Shown here one piece after another: positions 29,102 to 37,996 of a stretch of 64,000 nucleotides of DNA. The first letter of the stretch is position 1; the number at the start of each line of letters is the position of its first letter. The stretch covers positions 55,276 to 119,275 of IMG/VR virus record IMGVR_UViG_3300032268_000694; one strand, written 5' to 3'. The notes below the pieces were generated by a model that saw only the letters and a list, made by a program, of their open reading frames with translations, ran no database searches and had not been told where the DNA came from. A program made the translations under genes and the position numbers. The stretch comes from a virus.

Positions 29102-30649
29102 ATGAACATATTGGGTATATCGGCGTATTATCACGATTCGTCCGCTTGTCTATTTCAAAAAGGTAAATTAGTATTTGCTTGTGAAGAAGAAAAATTCACT
29201 GGTATTAAACATGATTCATCTTTTCCTATAAATTCTATAAATTATATTTTAGAAAATTATACGGATAAGATTGACTTGATATGTTATTACGAAAATCCTA
29301 AATTAAAACTTAAACGAGCATTAAAACATAACATCAAATCAGTTCCTCGCATACTGTGGACTAATGTCAAGTTGTTTTTTAAATTAAATAAAATTTGTAG
29401 AAATATTTTTTATTCTACTCACCATATGTCTCATATGGCTTATTCCTATTATACATCTCCTTTTAGTCGTGCTACATTAGTTAGCGTTGATGGTGTTGGA
29501 GAGGAAGAAACAATATGCATAGCCAAAGCAAAAAATAACACAATTACTCAAATTGAATCTACTAAATATCCACATTCATTAGGACTATTATACTCAGCAA
29601 TAACTGCTTATTTAGGATTTAAACCAAACGAAGGTGAATATAAAGTTATGGGTTTAGCCTCGTATGGTAATCCAAAAAAATATGCTGGTGATTTTAATAA
29701 AATTGCTTGTCATAAAGACGGAATACAAATTAATATGAAGTATTTCTCTTGGGATAAAAGTAATAAAGTAATGTTTAATCATCATTTAATAGAATTATTA
29801 GGTGATAATAGACTACCGGATGAACCCATAACACAACGTCATAAAGATATAGCTGCTGCTTTACAACACAAATACGAAAGTATGTTGTTTTATATTTTAA
29901 ACAAATATAGCGGTGATAATCTATGTTTAAGTGGTGGGTGTGCTTATAATGGAACAGCAAATGGTAAGATAACAAAAAATACTACCTATAAAAAATTATG
30001 GATACCAACCGCACCATCTGATGCTGGTTCATGCATAGGTGCTTGTTTAAATTACTTACAAATAAAAATCCACCCAGACCCATTTTTAGGTCCCAGCTAT
30101 GATTTTATTATGTGTAAATCAGTACCATTAGATTTTGATGTTATTGCTAAAGAATTAAATGATGGTAAAGTTGTAGGTTGGTATGAAGGGCGAATTGAAT
30201 TTGGTGCTAGGGCATTAGGGCATAGAAGTATATTAGCTAATCCTACATTACCTCATATGCAGGAACGTATTAATAAGCTAATTAAAAAACGCGAAATGTT
30301 CAGGCCTTTTGCCCCAATGGTAATTTATAGAGACCAAACTAAATACTTTAAATCAGCTGATAACGTTCCTTTTATGAATCAAGTGGTTGAAGTTAAAGAA
30401 GAATATAGAGATATATTAAAAGCTGTAACTCATGTAGACGGAACGGCACGTATCCAATCTGTAAGAGAAGGTAATATGTACAAATTATTAAAAAGTTTTG
30501 AGAAGCAAAGTGGATTTCCTATATTACTAAATACATCATTTAATGTTAAAGACAAAACTATAGTATTGTATCCTGAAGATGCACTACAAACATTCTATGA
30601 TACGGATATGGACATATTAGTAATTAATAATGAAATGTATTTTAAATGA
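29102..30649 (+). CDS. O-carbamoyltransferase (NodU/CmcH family)
   Basis: ILGISAYYHDSSA, EEEKF...KH, HH.SH, DGVGE, EGEYKVMGLASYG, EFGARALGHRS, RPFAP, HVDGTARIQ and LLNTSFN. Confidence 0.92.
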   Translation: MNILGISAYYHDSSACLFQKGKLVFACEEEKFTGIKHDSSFPINSINYILENYTDKIDLICYYENPKLKLKRALKHNIKSVPRILWTNVKLFFKLNKICRNIFYSTHHMSHMAYSYYTSPFSRATLVSVDGVGEEETICIAKAKNNTITQIESTKYPHSLGLLYSAITAYLGFKPNEGEYKVMGLASYGNPKKYAGDFNKIACHKDGIQINMKYFSWDKSNKVMFNHHLIELLGDNRLPDEPITQRHKDIAAALQHKYESMLFYILNKYSGDNLCLSGGCAYNGTANGKITKNTTYKKLWIPTAPSDAGSCIGACLNYLQIKIHPDPFLGPSYDFIMCKSVPLDFDVIAKELNDGKVVGWYEGRIEFGARALGHRSILANPTLPHMQERINKLIKKREMFRPFAPMVIYRDQTKYFKSADNVPFMNQVVEVKEEYRDILKAVTHVDGTARIQSVREGNMYKLLKSFEKQSGFPILLNTSFNVKDKTIVLYPEDALQTFYDTDMDILVINNEMYFK

Positions 30650-31065
30650 TAACAGTACTATTCGGACAACCACACTCAGGTAAAACAACATTAGCTCAAA
30701 GGCTAGAAGCAGACTATTATATAGATGGAGACCATCTAAGAACCATGTTTCAAAACAAAGATTATAGCAGGCAAGGTAGAATTAATAATTTAAATAGAGC
30801 TAGTGATATTGCTACATACTTACACTACAATGGTGAAAACGTAGTTTTATCTCTGGTATATCCATACCAAGAAACAAGAAATTACTTGAATAATTTAGTG
30901 CCTGGAGTTAAATGGATTTATTTAACCTATGAAATAGATAGAGGCAGAGAACAATTTCATGTAGCTGATTTTGAATACCCCGCGGATGATGAAGCTCTAT
31001 ACCTAAACACAGAGTGGATGGAGGAAGAAGATTGTATCAAACAAATTAAAGAATATGTGGGATAA
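30646..31065 (+). CDS. cysC: Adenylylsulfate kinase-like protein (short)
   Basis: G.PHSGKTTLA P-loop; IDGD.LR; DYSRQGR..N; SLVYPY.ETR; FEYP. Confidence 0.7.
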   Translation: MITVLFGQPHSGKTTLAQRLEADYYIDGDHLRTMFQNKDYSRQGRINNLNRASDIATYLHYNGENVVLSLVYPYQETRNYLNNLVPGVKWIYLTYEIDRGREQFHVADFEYPADDEALYLNTEWMEEEDCIKQIKEYVG

Positions 31066-31453
31066 GAAAGTACATGTTAAAAGCTCAATGGAGCGTAAAG
31101 ACAGTCAATGGTCATTATTCATTGGACGTTGGCAACCACTCCACACTGGACATAAAGAATTATTTAGACAAGTAATTAATGAAGGTGGTAAAGTGTGTGT
31201 TGGTATTAGAGATGGAGAGGTTAATGAAAAGAACCCATTCAGCCCATTCCAAGTAATGAGTAATATCTTTGATGAAATGCAAGCTGAAGTAGAAGCAGGC
31301 ACTTTAAAAGCAATTATTATACCAGATATATGCAGCGTTGAATTTGGACGCGGTGTTGGATACGATATTATAGAACACATACCTCCACCTGAAGTGGCTG
31401 AAATATCAGCGACTAAAATACGTAAACAAATGAAGGCTGAGGGTAAATTATGA
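31055..31453 (+). CDS. HIGH-family nucleotidyltransferase (cytidyltransferase-like)
   Basis: FIGRWQPLHTGH; NPFS; GRGVGY; ISATKIR. Confidence 0.8.
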   Translation: MWDKKVHVKSSMERKDSQWSLFIGRWQPLHTGHKELFRQVINEGGKVCVGIRDGEVNEKNPFSPFQVMSNIFDEMQAEVEAGTLKAIIIPDICSVEFGRGVGYDIIEHIPPPEVAEISATKIRKQMKAEGKL

Positions 31454-31659
31454 TAGTACAACAAAAAAGACATATAGCAAAAACCATTAGTTATCGCGTT
31501 GTTAGTACACTGATTGGGTTTGGTATTATGTGGGCTGTTACTGGTAGTGTTAAAATTGGTGCTGTTTTTAGCGCGGCTGAATTAATATATAAGCCAATTC
31601 AATATTATATCCATGAACGGATATGGTATAAATGGATTAAATATGGTTTAAAAAATTAA
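31450..31659 (+). CDS. DUF2061-like small membrane protein
   Basis: RHIAKTISYR...YYIHERIW. Confidence 0.75.
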   Translation: MIVQQKRHIAKTISYRVVSTLIGFGIMWAVTGSVKIGAVFSAAELIYKPIQYYIHERIWYKWIKYGLKN

Positions 31660-31673
31660 TATTTATAGATATT

Positions 31674-31961
31674 ATGAACAAAATAAGTGAAATAATAAAT
31701 GCATGGGCTGTATCGCTTAACCCCACCTCAGAACAAAAAGAATTAGCAGAGAAGCGATATGAGATATGTTTAGGTTGCGAACATTATGGTAAAAGCAGAC
31801 CTGTAACCGGTGATGAATATTGTAAAAAATGTTTATGTCCTATTCAAAAGAAAGTATATACTCAAAAATTAAACGACACATGTCCTCTTAAAAAATGGGA
31901 TGCTGTAGAAAAAGAATTTAGAGAAAATAAAATTAAAAACAATAAATACAAAATAATATAG
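31674..31961 (+). CDS. Small Cys-rich (metal-binding) protein
   Basis: R..IC..C, C..C.C...K and CPL.KW. Confidence 0.7.
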   Translation: MNKISEIINAWAVSLNPTSEQKELAEKRYEICLGCEHYGKSRPVTGDEYCKKCLCPIQKKVYTQKLNDTCPLKKWDAVEKEFRENKIKNNKYKII

Positions 31962-31995
31962 ATTATATTTATATTATATAATACAATAACAGATT

Positions 31996-33765
31996 ATGAG
32001 AAGCGTACTTTTAGCGACAGATTTAATTAGAAAAGGTGATGGTAGTTGGACACCAACAGAAATCAATACCAATGCTGGGCACTTGATTCCTTTTGACTAT
32101 CCTACTGATCCTGTTGCTCAACCTGTTGTTGATTTTATGCCAAATTTCGCTCCTTTTTTCAATCATGTAGAATTTAATAATTTTTTACAAACTAATGGTA
32201 TTACAAAGCTTATAGTGATTGATAAAGCTGGTAGTATGGGTGTAGTGTTTGAATCTTTTGCAGGTTATTATAATTACCAATATGAATTAGTAATTGCTGT
32301 TGAAGGTAGTTTAACTATACCTAATATTAATGATGCTGATGATGTTTTTATTATAAGAGTTGCATATGATGTTAGTGCATTAGTAGATGATTTATATGCA
32401 CGAGATATGTTTGAATTTCATAACCTAATAAAAGATGAATCGTTTGCTTCCCCAGTAACTTTTAATATAGATGGCGAAAATAATATTGATACTATTACTG
32501 AATTTGAACCATCAATAGATGGAATAGTACCTAATTACCTTATTAAGCCTAGAACCCCAGGATACGCAAAAGGTGACTATCCAAAACTTTACAGATTAGA
32601 TACTGCTGAAGAATTAGATGCTTTAAAAGCAAATATTACCGAAAATGAGTTTATTCAAAAATATGAATACAATGAAGTATTAGGTACAGTTGATAACCGA
32701 ACTTCTTTTATTAGAAGTATGGATTTAGTATATGGCCCAAATTTAGATGTAATGAATGTTATTACATATAAAGCTATGAATGCTGTATCAACACAAAATT
32801 CATTACTACAATATGAAAGTGAAGTATTACCTGGTAAAAGATTAGATCCACTTTTTGCAACTAAATGGTTACCTAAGCATTTCCTATTAAATGACAGATT
32901 ATTTCACTTTGATGCTACTGATAGTATACTAATGCCAGATGGAACAGATAAAATTGCATCTGAATTAATAATCAATGAAGAAATACTTGGCATAAGTTTC
33001 AATCAGGCGATAAAACAATTTAAATCTTCTCCTGTTAGCACATTAGAAACATATACAACCGGTAGTTCTCCTATAAGTGTTATAACAAGAAACAGTTTAA
33101 ATTGTATATTTGTTAATATATCTGCTGTTGATAGTGATGATAATCAATATAATTGGTATGATGGTATAGGTAATTTATATCTAATGCAAAAAGTAGGTTC
33201 ATCTAATGCCCAGTACGTTTCTCAAACATCTGGATTTATAGAAGTTGGAGATGCTATATTTGTATTTGATACACTAAATAATACAACTAAACCCTTAACA
33301 GTTACTTCTATTCATTATGATATTAAAAACATACCAACTTACAAAATATCTCTTGGTGGTGAATTTAAAGAATTTATGATTAAATTAGATGAAAATATTT
33401 ATCTAGTACAACACAACGCCCAATGTATTGAAGGTTGTGGACAATATGTATTTTGTAATAACTATTATTGTTTTGGATGTGGTAAATATGATTTTAACTG
33501 CCCAAACTGTTCTTTCACTTACGGACAGGGAGTTGCTTGCTTCTCAGACAGAAGATTAAAAGAAAATATTGTATTGGTAGGTACATCACCAAACGGAATT
33601 AACATTTATCAATTTAATTATATTGAAACAGAAGGATTATATGAAGGTGTTATAGCACAAGATTTATTAAATACTCCATTCGAAGATGTAGTATCCTTAG
33701 ATGAAAGTGGATTCTATAAAGTAGATTACTCTAAAATAGATGTTGAACTTAAAAAAATAAGCTAA
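31996..33765 (+). CDS. Multidomain protein: ATP-grasp-like + Hint-like + Cys-rich peptide + peptidase S74 domain
   Basis: D......G.....EINT and PNYLIKPR...FIQKY; HFDATDSILMPDG..K...L and IEVGD...LVQHN; 8-Cys segment; SDRRLKENI...GVIAQD...YKVDYSKIDV. Confidence 0.7.
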   Translation: MRSVLLATDLIRKGDGSWTPTEINTNAGHLIPFDYPTDPVAQPVVDFMPNFAPFFNHVEFNNFLQTNGITKLIVIDKAGSMGVVFESFAGYYNYQYELVIAVEGSLTIPNINDADDVFIIRVAYDVSALVDDLYARDMFEFHNLIKDESFASPVTFNIDGENNIDTITEFEPSIDGIVPNYLIKPRTPGYAKGDYPKLYRLDTAEELDALKANITENEFIQKYEYNEVLGTVDNRTSFIRSMDLVYGPNLDVMNVITYKAMNAVSTQNSLLQYESEVLPGKRLDPLFATKWLPKHFLLNDRLFHFDATDSILMPDGTDKIASELIINEEILGISFNQAIKQFKSSPVSTLETYTTGSSPISVITRNSLNCIFVNISAVDSDDNQYNWYDGIGNLYLMQKVGSSNAQYVSQTSGFIEVGDAIFVFDTLNNTTKPLTVTSIHYDIKNIPTYKISLGGEFKEFMIKLDENIYLVQHNAQCIEGCGQYVFCNNYYCFGCGKYDFNCPNCSFTYGQGVACFSDRRLKENIVLVGTSPNGINIYQFNYIETEGLYEGVIAQDLLNTPFEDVVSLDESGFYKVDYSKIDVELKKIS

Positions 33766-33768
33766 ATT

Positions 33769-33885
33769 ATGAATGATAATCAAATAAAAAGACCAGATGC
33801 TACCCCTATTTCTAGTACAGAAAAACAAGAAATTAAAGTAATTGTTGAAAAAATTATAGAATTAATAAGAACAAAACATTTATAA
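33769..33885 (+). CDS. Small hypothetical protein (38 aa)
   Basis: Read from sequence: MNDNQIKRPDATPISSTEKQEIKVIVEKIIELIRTKHL*. Confidence 0.55.
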   Translation: MNDNQIKRPDATPISSTEKQEIKVIVEKIIELIRTKHL

Positions 33886-33905
33886 TAATTTAAAATAGTT
33901 ATGCT

Positions 33906-34607
33906 TTGCTAGTAGATAATAAATTTATTATTGTACAAATACCTCGATGTGCAACAACTTCATTTTTACACACATGTCAGGTAAATAATATCCCAGCAGA
34001 ATATATTAGCTCATATGGTCGTCCACGTTTATATGATGCTAAAATAGGAAAAGGTGAACGCTTTCATGAAGATATTTTTAATCTACAAGAAAAATTTGGG
34101 TATGAATATCCTGTTATTGCTATCAAACGTGATAAAATTTCTTCGTTTATATCCTTATGGAGAATGATGTTAAAGATGTTTTTAGAATGGGGTGATATTG
34201 ATCTGTATCATAAATTAATAAAATTAAATTATAAAGAGATTTTATTTTTTAATGAAAACGATTACGATTTACTAGATATTGATAATATAATAAGATTAGC
34301 AAATGATTTTTGTAAACGACATGAAATAGATTCTAAAGATAGAAGTTTAAGCTGGTTAGTACAAATATATAAACCAAAGGAATGGTATCATAGAAATAAT
34401 CCTAACATAATTTGGTTTGATTTTAACAAACTGTATGAATTAGAAGAGTGGGTATCTAATAAATTAAATAGAGAATTTAAATTAGTTGAAATTAATTCAT
34501 CTGTAGATATTAAATGCAACTTAGTAAATAGTGAAGAATTTAGAGAAAAATTTAATCAACTATATAAAAAATACGAGGTATTTAAAAAATCTAAAAGTTT
34601 AATATGA
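33906..34607 (+). CDS. Sulfotransferase-like protein (Sulfotransfer_2 type)
   Basis: TTG start; KFIIVQIPRCATTS 5'-PSB-like loop; R....FISLW 3'-PB-like motif. Confidence 0.55.
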   Translation: MLVDNKFIIVQIPRCATTSFLHTCQVNNIPAEYISSYGRPRLYDAKIGKGERFHEDIFNLQEKFGYEYPVIAIKRDKISSFISLWRMMLKMFLEWGDIDLYHKLIKLNYKEILFFNENDYDLLDIDNIIRLANDFCKRHEIDSKDRSLSWLVQIYKPKEWYHRNNPNIIWFDFNKLYELEEWVSNKLNREFKLVEINSSVDIKCNLVNSEEFREKFNQLYKKYEVFKKSKSLI

Positions 34608-35359
34608 TCTCACTAAAATACTGGACCCCAGAAACATTTGAGGTATCAACATATAAGTGGAGTATTAACAACCGCAAAAACAAATCATACACTACTTCAG
34701 GATCGGATAATTCAGGTAAATGTATCTACACATATAATTCATTAGGATTTAGAGGCGATGAACCTAATAAACATGGTTTTAAAGTAATGTCTATAGGTTG
34801 TTCTCACACTGAAGGTGTTGGGTTGAATGATGATGAAACTTGGTCACATCAACTGTGTAAACTAATTAATGGAGTAGATTTAAATTTTGGTTATGGTGGT
34901 AGAAGTAATGATTATGTTACTCGATGTTTGTTAACATACTTTGACATAGTTAAACCTGATTTAGTATTAATCATGTATCCAGACCAGGATCGAAGAGAAT
35001 ATTATACTGAAGATGGAAATATAGAACCATTTGCTTATAATCCTTGGGGACATTTAATAGAAACAGAAGAGGGCAAAGAAATTTATAATGGTTTAATGGC
35101 AACAGCTAATAATGAATCTAATTATATAAATTGGTATAAAAATCATTTATTAATAAAATATTTTTTAGAAACAAAAAATTGTAAATGGGTGTGGAATGGA
35201 GCACATTTATTTGCTGGAATTAATGAGCTTAACAGATTTGATGGTGATTACAGAAATTTTATAGATTACGGAGCAGATGGGGCTCATTCCGGACCTCAAC
35301 ATAATAAACAATATGCAATAAATTTACACCAATTTTTAATAGATAATAAAATTAAATAA
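34604..35359 (+). CDS. SGNH-fold protein
   Basis: YTYNSLGFRG; IGCSHTEG.G; G.SND; DGAHSG..HN; paralog of 24312. Confidence 0.7.
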   Translation: MISLKYWTPETFEVSTYKWSINNRKNKSYTTSGSDNSGKCIYTYNSLGFRGDEPNKHGFKVMSIGCSHTEGVGLNDDETWSHQLCKLINGVDLNFGYGGRSNDYVTRCLLTYFDIVKPDLVLIMYPDQDRREYYTEDGNIEPFAYNPWGHLIETEEGKEIYNGLMATANNESNYINWYKNHLLIKYFLETKNCKWVWNGAHLFAGINELNRFDGDYRNFIDYGADGAHSGPQHNKQYAINLHQFLIDNKIK

Positions 35360-35395
35360 TTTTTTCATATTTATATATAAATAAAAACAACAATC

Positions 35396-35572
35396 ATGTT
35401 TAAAATCACTATGCAGTTCATTCCAGGAAATGACCAAATATGGGTAGAAAAAATAAACCCAACTGACCCTATTTATCAATATAACGATGAATCAGAAGCA
35501 CAAGCTAAAGCAGAAGAATTACAATCAGCTGACGCAACGGGACGCTTATATAGAGTAGATTCTTCTATATAA
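35396..35572 (+). CDS. Small hypothetical protein (58 aa)
   Basis: Read from sequence: MFKITMQFIPGNDQIWVEK...GRLYRVDSSI*; preceded by ATATTTAT at 35367. Confidence 0.65.
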   Translation: MFKITMQFIPGNDQIWVEKINPTDPIYQYNDESEAQAKAEELQSADATGRLYRVDSSI

Positions 35573-35578
35573 AACAAG

Positions 35579-35610
35579 TTTGGTTGTCTTAATCCTTTTG
35601 TATATATTTA
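35579..35610 (+). promoter_or_regulatory. Bacteroidota-type primary-sigma promoter (TTTG-N20-TATATTTA)
   Basis: Matches the -33 TTTG / -7 TAnnTTTG consensus with a 20-nt spacer; last base differs. Confidence 0.5.
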
Positions 35611-35632
35611 TATCAAACAAATAAAATTTATT

Positions 35633-35866
35633 ATGACAGTATTAGTAATCTTAATCATCGTTGCCGTAGCGGTATTCGTTGCTATGAAAACCGGTAAGGT
35701 AAAAGATGCAAACAACAACAACATTCCTGACGCTATCGAAAAACCACTCGAAGAAATTAAGGAAGTAATCGCTAAAGTAAAAGCTACTAAAGCACCAAAA
35801 TCACCAGTTGCTAACCCATCAGCAAAGAAACCAGTAGCAAAAACAACAGCTAAAAAAGCAAAATAA
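35633..35866 (+). CDS. Small membrane-anchored protein with a Lys/Ala-rich tail
   Basis: N-terminal TM helix; DANNNNIPD; histone-like KKAK tail. Confidence 0.7.
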   Translation: MTVLVILIIVAVAVFVAMKTGKVKDANNNNIPDAIEKPLEEIKEVIAKVKATKAPKSPVANPSAKKPVAKTTAKKAK

Positions 35867-35879
35867 AAAAAAAGTAGTT

Positions 35880-36152
35880 ATGAGTTTAAAATTAACGGCT
35901 GAAGAATTACAGCAAATAAAAGATCTACAGTCTAAATATAATCAAACTATATTTGAGGTTGGTGCGTCTGAAGCACAGCTAATTGCATTTCAACAAGGCA
36001 TTGAGAGGTTACAAAAAGCTAAAGAAGGTTTAATATCTGATCTATCATCAATTGAACAGAAAGAAACGGAACTAGTTAAATCTCTACAAGAAAAGTACGG
36101 ACAAGGCAATATAGATCTGGAAACAGGAGAAATAACATCGGATCAACAATAA
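35880..36152 (+). CDS. Small coiled-coil protein
   Basis: KLT.EELQQI...L.EKYG.G.IDLETGEI. Confidence 0.65.
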   Translation: MSLKLTAEELQQIKDLQSKYNQTIFEVGASEAQLIAFQQGIERLQKAKEGLISDLSSIEQKETELVKSLQEKYGQGNIDLETGEITSDQQ

Positions 36153-36227
36153 CCTGCGGTTTATAATTGTTTTTGGATATTTATTATTAGGTCAATCCTA
36201 TTAAATTTTCAAAAACAATTATAAAAA

Positions 36228-37946
36228 ATGGGCGAAAAAATTTTATCTCCTGGCGTATTCCAAAATGAATCTGACCAATCGTTAGTTCAAAGAGGTATCC
36301 AAGGTACAGCAACTGCTTTAGTTGGTCCAACTGTGTTGGGTCAACCATTTGTTCCTACCTATGTTACTTCATATAGTGAATTTGCACAAAAATTCGGAGA
36401 AACATTCAAAAGTGGTAGTTACTACTACGAATATTTAACATCATTAGCTGCTTACGATTTCTTTAATAATGGTGGTCAAACATTATTAGTAACTAGAGTT
36501 ATCAGTGGTACATCTGGTGTTAGCACATATGCAAGTGCAAGTGTTGCTAGCTCTGCATCTCTTGGCACTTCATTTACTCTTGAAACATTAGCTTGGGGTG
36601 ATCAAATGAACAACTCCGGTAGTATTACAAATGGTGCTTTAGCATTAGGTACTGCAACTAACGTTCGCTACGAAATTATTAGTTTAAACACAGGAAGTGG
36701 TACATTTAACTTAGCAATACGTGCTGGTAATGACAATACTGCTCAAACTAACTATTTAGAAACCTTTCCTAACTTATCATTAGACCCAGCTTTACCTAAC
36801 TATATCTCTCGTGTTATTGGTGATACTAAACCAGTTTACAGAGTGGATGGTGATGGTACTCCATACATTGATTACACTGGCTCTTATGCTAATGCTTCTT
36901 CATATGTTCGTATAAAATCAGTAACCACTCCAAACATAGATTCAATTGATAATAATGGTAATTTTAAAACAGGATCTTATAGTGGTAGTTTACCAATAGT
37001 AGGTAGTGGTTCAATTGGTGGTGCTTTTCAAGGTGGTTTAGCTGCAACAGCAACTACTCAATTTATGAATGAAACAATTACAACAACAAACATTCAAGGA
37101 TTTGCTCCAGCTGATTACCAAGTAGCTTTCAATTTATTAAATAATAAAGACGAATACCAATTCAATGTATTAATAGCACCAGGTATTACTTTAGATAACA
37201 GTGCTGCTGCAACAATGATTTCTACTTGTGAAGGTAGAGGTGATGCTATTGCAATGATGGATTGTAAAGTATATGGTTCAACTGTAACAGGTGCTACTGC
37301 AGTTGCTTCTGGTCAGTCTAGTAACTACGCTGCTACTTATTGGCCTTGGGTTCAATTATTCTCAACTAAACTAGGCAAAGCAGTATGGGCTCCAGCTTCA
37401 ACTATAATGGGTGGTGTTTTAGCATTCAACGACCAAGTAGGTGCTGAATGGTTCGCACCAGCTGGTTTAAACAGAGGTGGTGTTAGCGCATTAAAAGCTG
37501 AAAGAAAATTATCTCAAGCAGATCGTGATGCATTATATGAAGGTAATGTTAACCCATTAGCTACATTCCCAGGAAATGGTGTTGTAGTATTTGGTCAAAA
37601 GACATTACAGAAGAAAGCTACAGCTTTAGATAGAGTAAATGTTCGTCGTTTATTAATTACATTAAAAGATTTCATCGGTCAAGTTGGAAACAACTTAGTA
37701 TTCGAACAAAATACAACAATAACTCGTAATAGATTCTTATCTCAAGTAAACCCTTACTTAGATAGTATTGTACAAAGACAAGGTTTGTATGCTTACCAAG
37801 TAGTGATGGATGATTCAAATAACACACCTGATGTAATCGATAGAAACCAATTAGTAGGTCAGATTTATATTCAACCAACTAAGACAGCTGAATTTATCAT
37901 ATTAAATTTCAACGTATTACCAACTGGCGCTACATTCCCTGGATAA
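36228..37946 (+). CDS. Tail sheath protein (T4 gp18-like)
   Basis: SPGV...E.D, YWPW, WFAPAG.NRG, NP.......G..V.GQKTL, DRVNVRRL, FEQN...TR, NNTPDVIDRN and PTKTAEFI.L.F. Confidence 0.95.
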   Translation: MGEKILSPGVFQNESDQSLVQRGIQGTATALVGPTVLGQPFVPTYVTSYSEFAQKFGETFKSGSYYYEYLTSLAAYDFFNNGGQTLLVTRVISGTSGVSTYASASVASSASLGTSFTLETLAWGDQMNNSGSITNGALALGTATNVRYEIISLNTGSGTFNLAIRAGNDNTAQTNYLETFPNLSLDPALPNYISRVIGDTKPVYRVDGDGTPYIDYTGSYANASSYVRIKSVTTPNIDSIDNNGNFKTGSYSGSLPIVGSGSIGGAFQGGLAATATTQFMNETITTTNIQGFAPADYQVAFNLLNNKDEYQFNVLIAPGITLDNSAAATMISTCEGRGDAIAMMDCKVYGSTVTGATAVASGQSSNYAATYWPWVQLFSTKLGKAVWAPASTIMGGVLAFNDQVGAEWFAPAGLNRGGVSALKAERKLSQADRDALYEGNVNPLATFPGNGVVVFGQKTLQKKATALDRVNVRRLLITLKDFIGQVGNNLVFEQNTTITRNRFLSQVNPYLDSIVQRQGLYAYQVVMDDSNNTPDVIDRNQLVGQIYIQPTKTAEFIILNFNVLPTGATFPG

Positions 37947-37996
37947 GGGATGTAGTTGCTTAATATTTATTAATAGCAATATAAACACAACATAAA

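Noticed and set aside
32905-33420. Canonical splicing intein
   Set aside because: Position 1 is His rather than Cys/Ser, the +1 residue is Ala, and there is no endonuclease domain; at most C-terminal cleavage is plausible.
37930-37955. Hairpin CTACATTCCCT-GGATA-AGGGATGTAG over the sheath stop codon as a terminator
   Set aside because: No U-tract follows; it may be a stability element but cannot be supported as a terminator.
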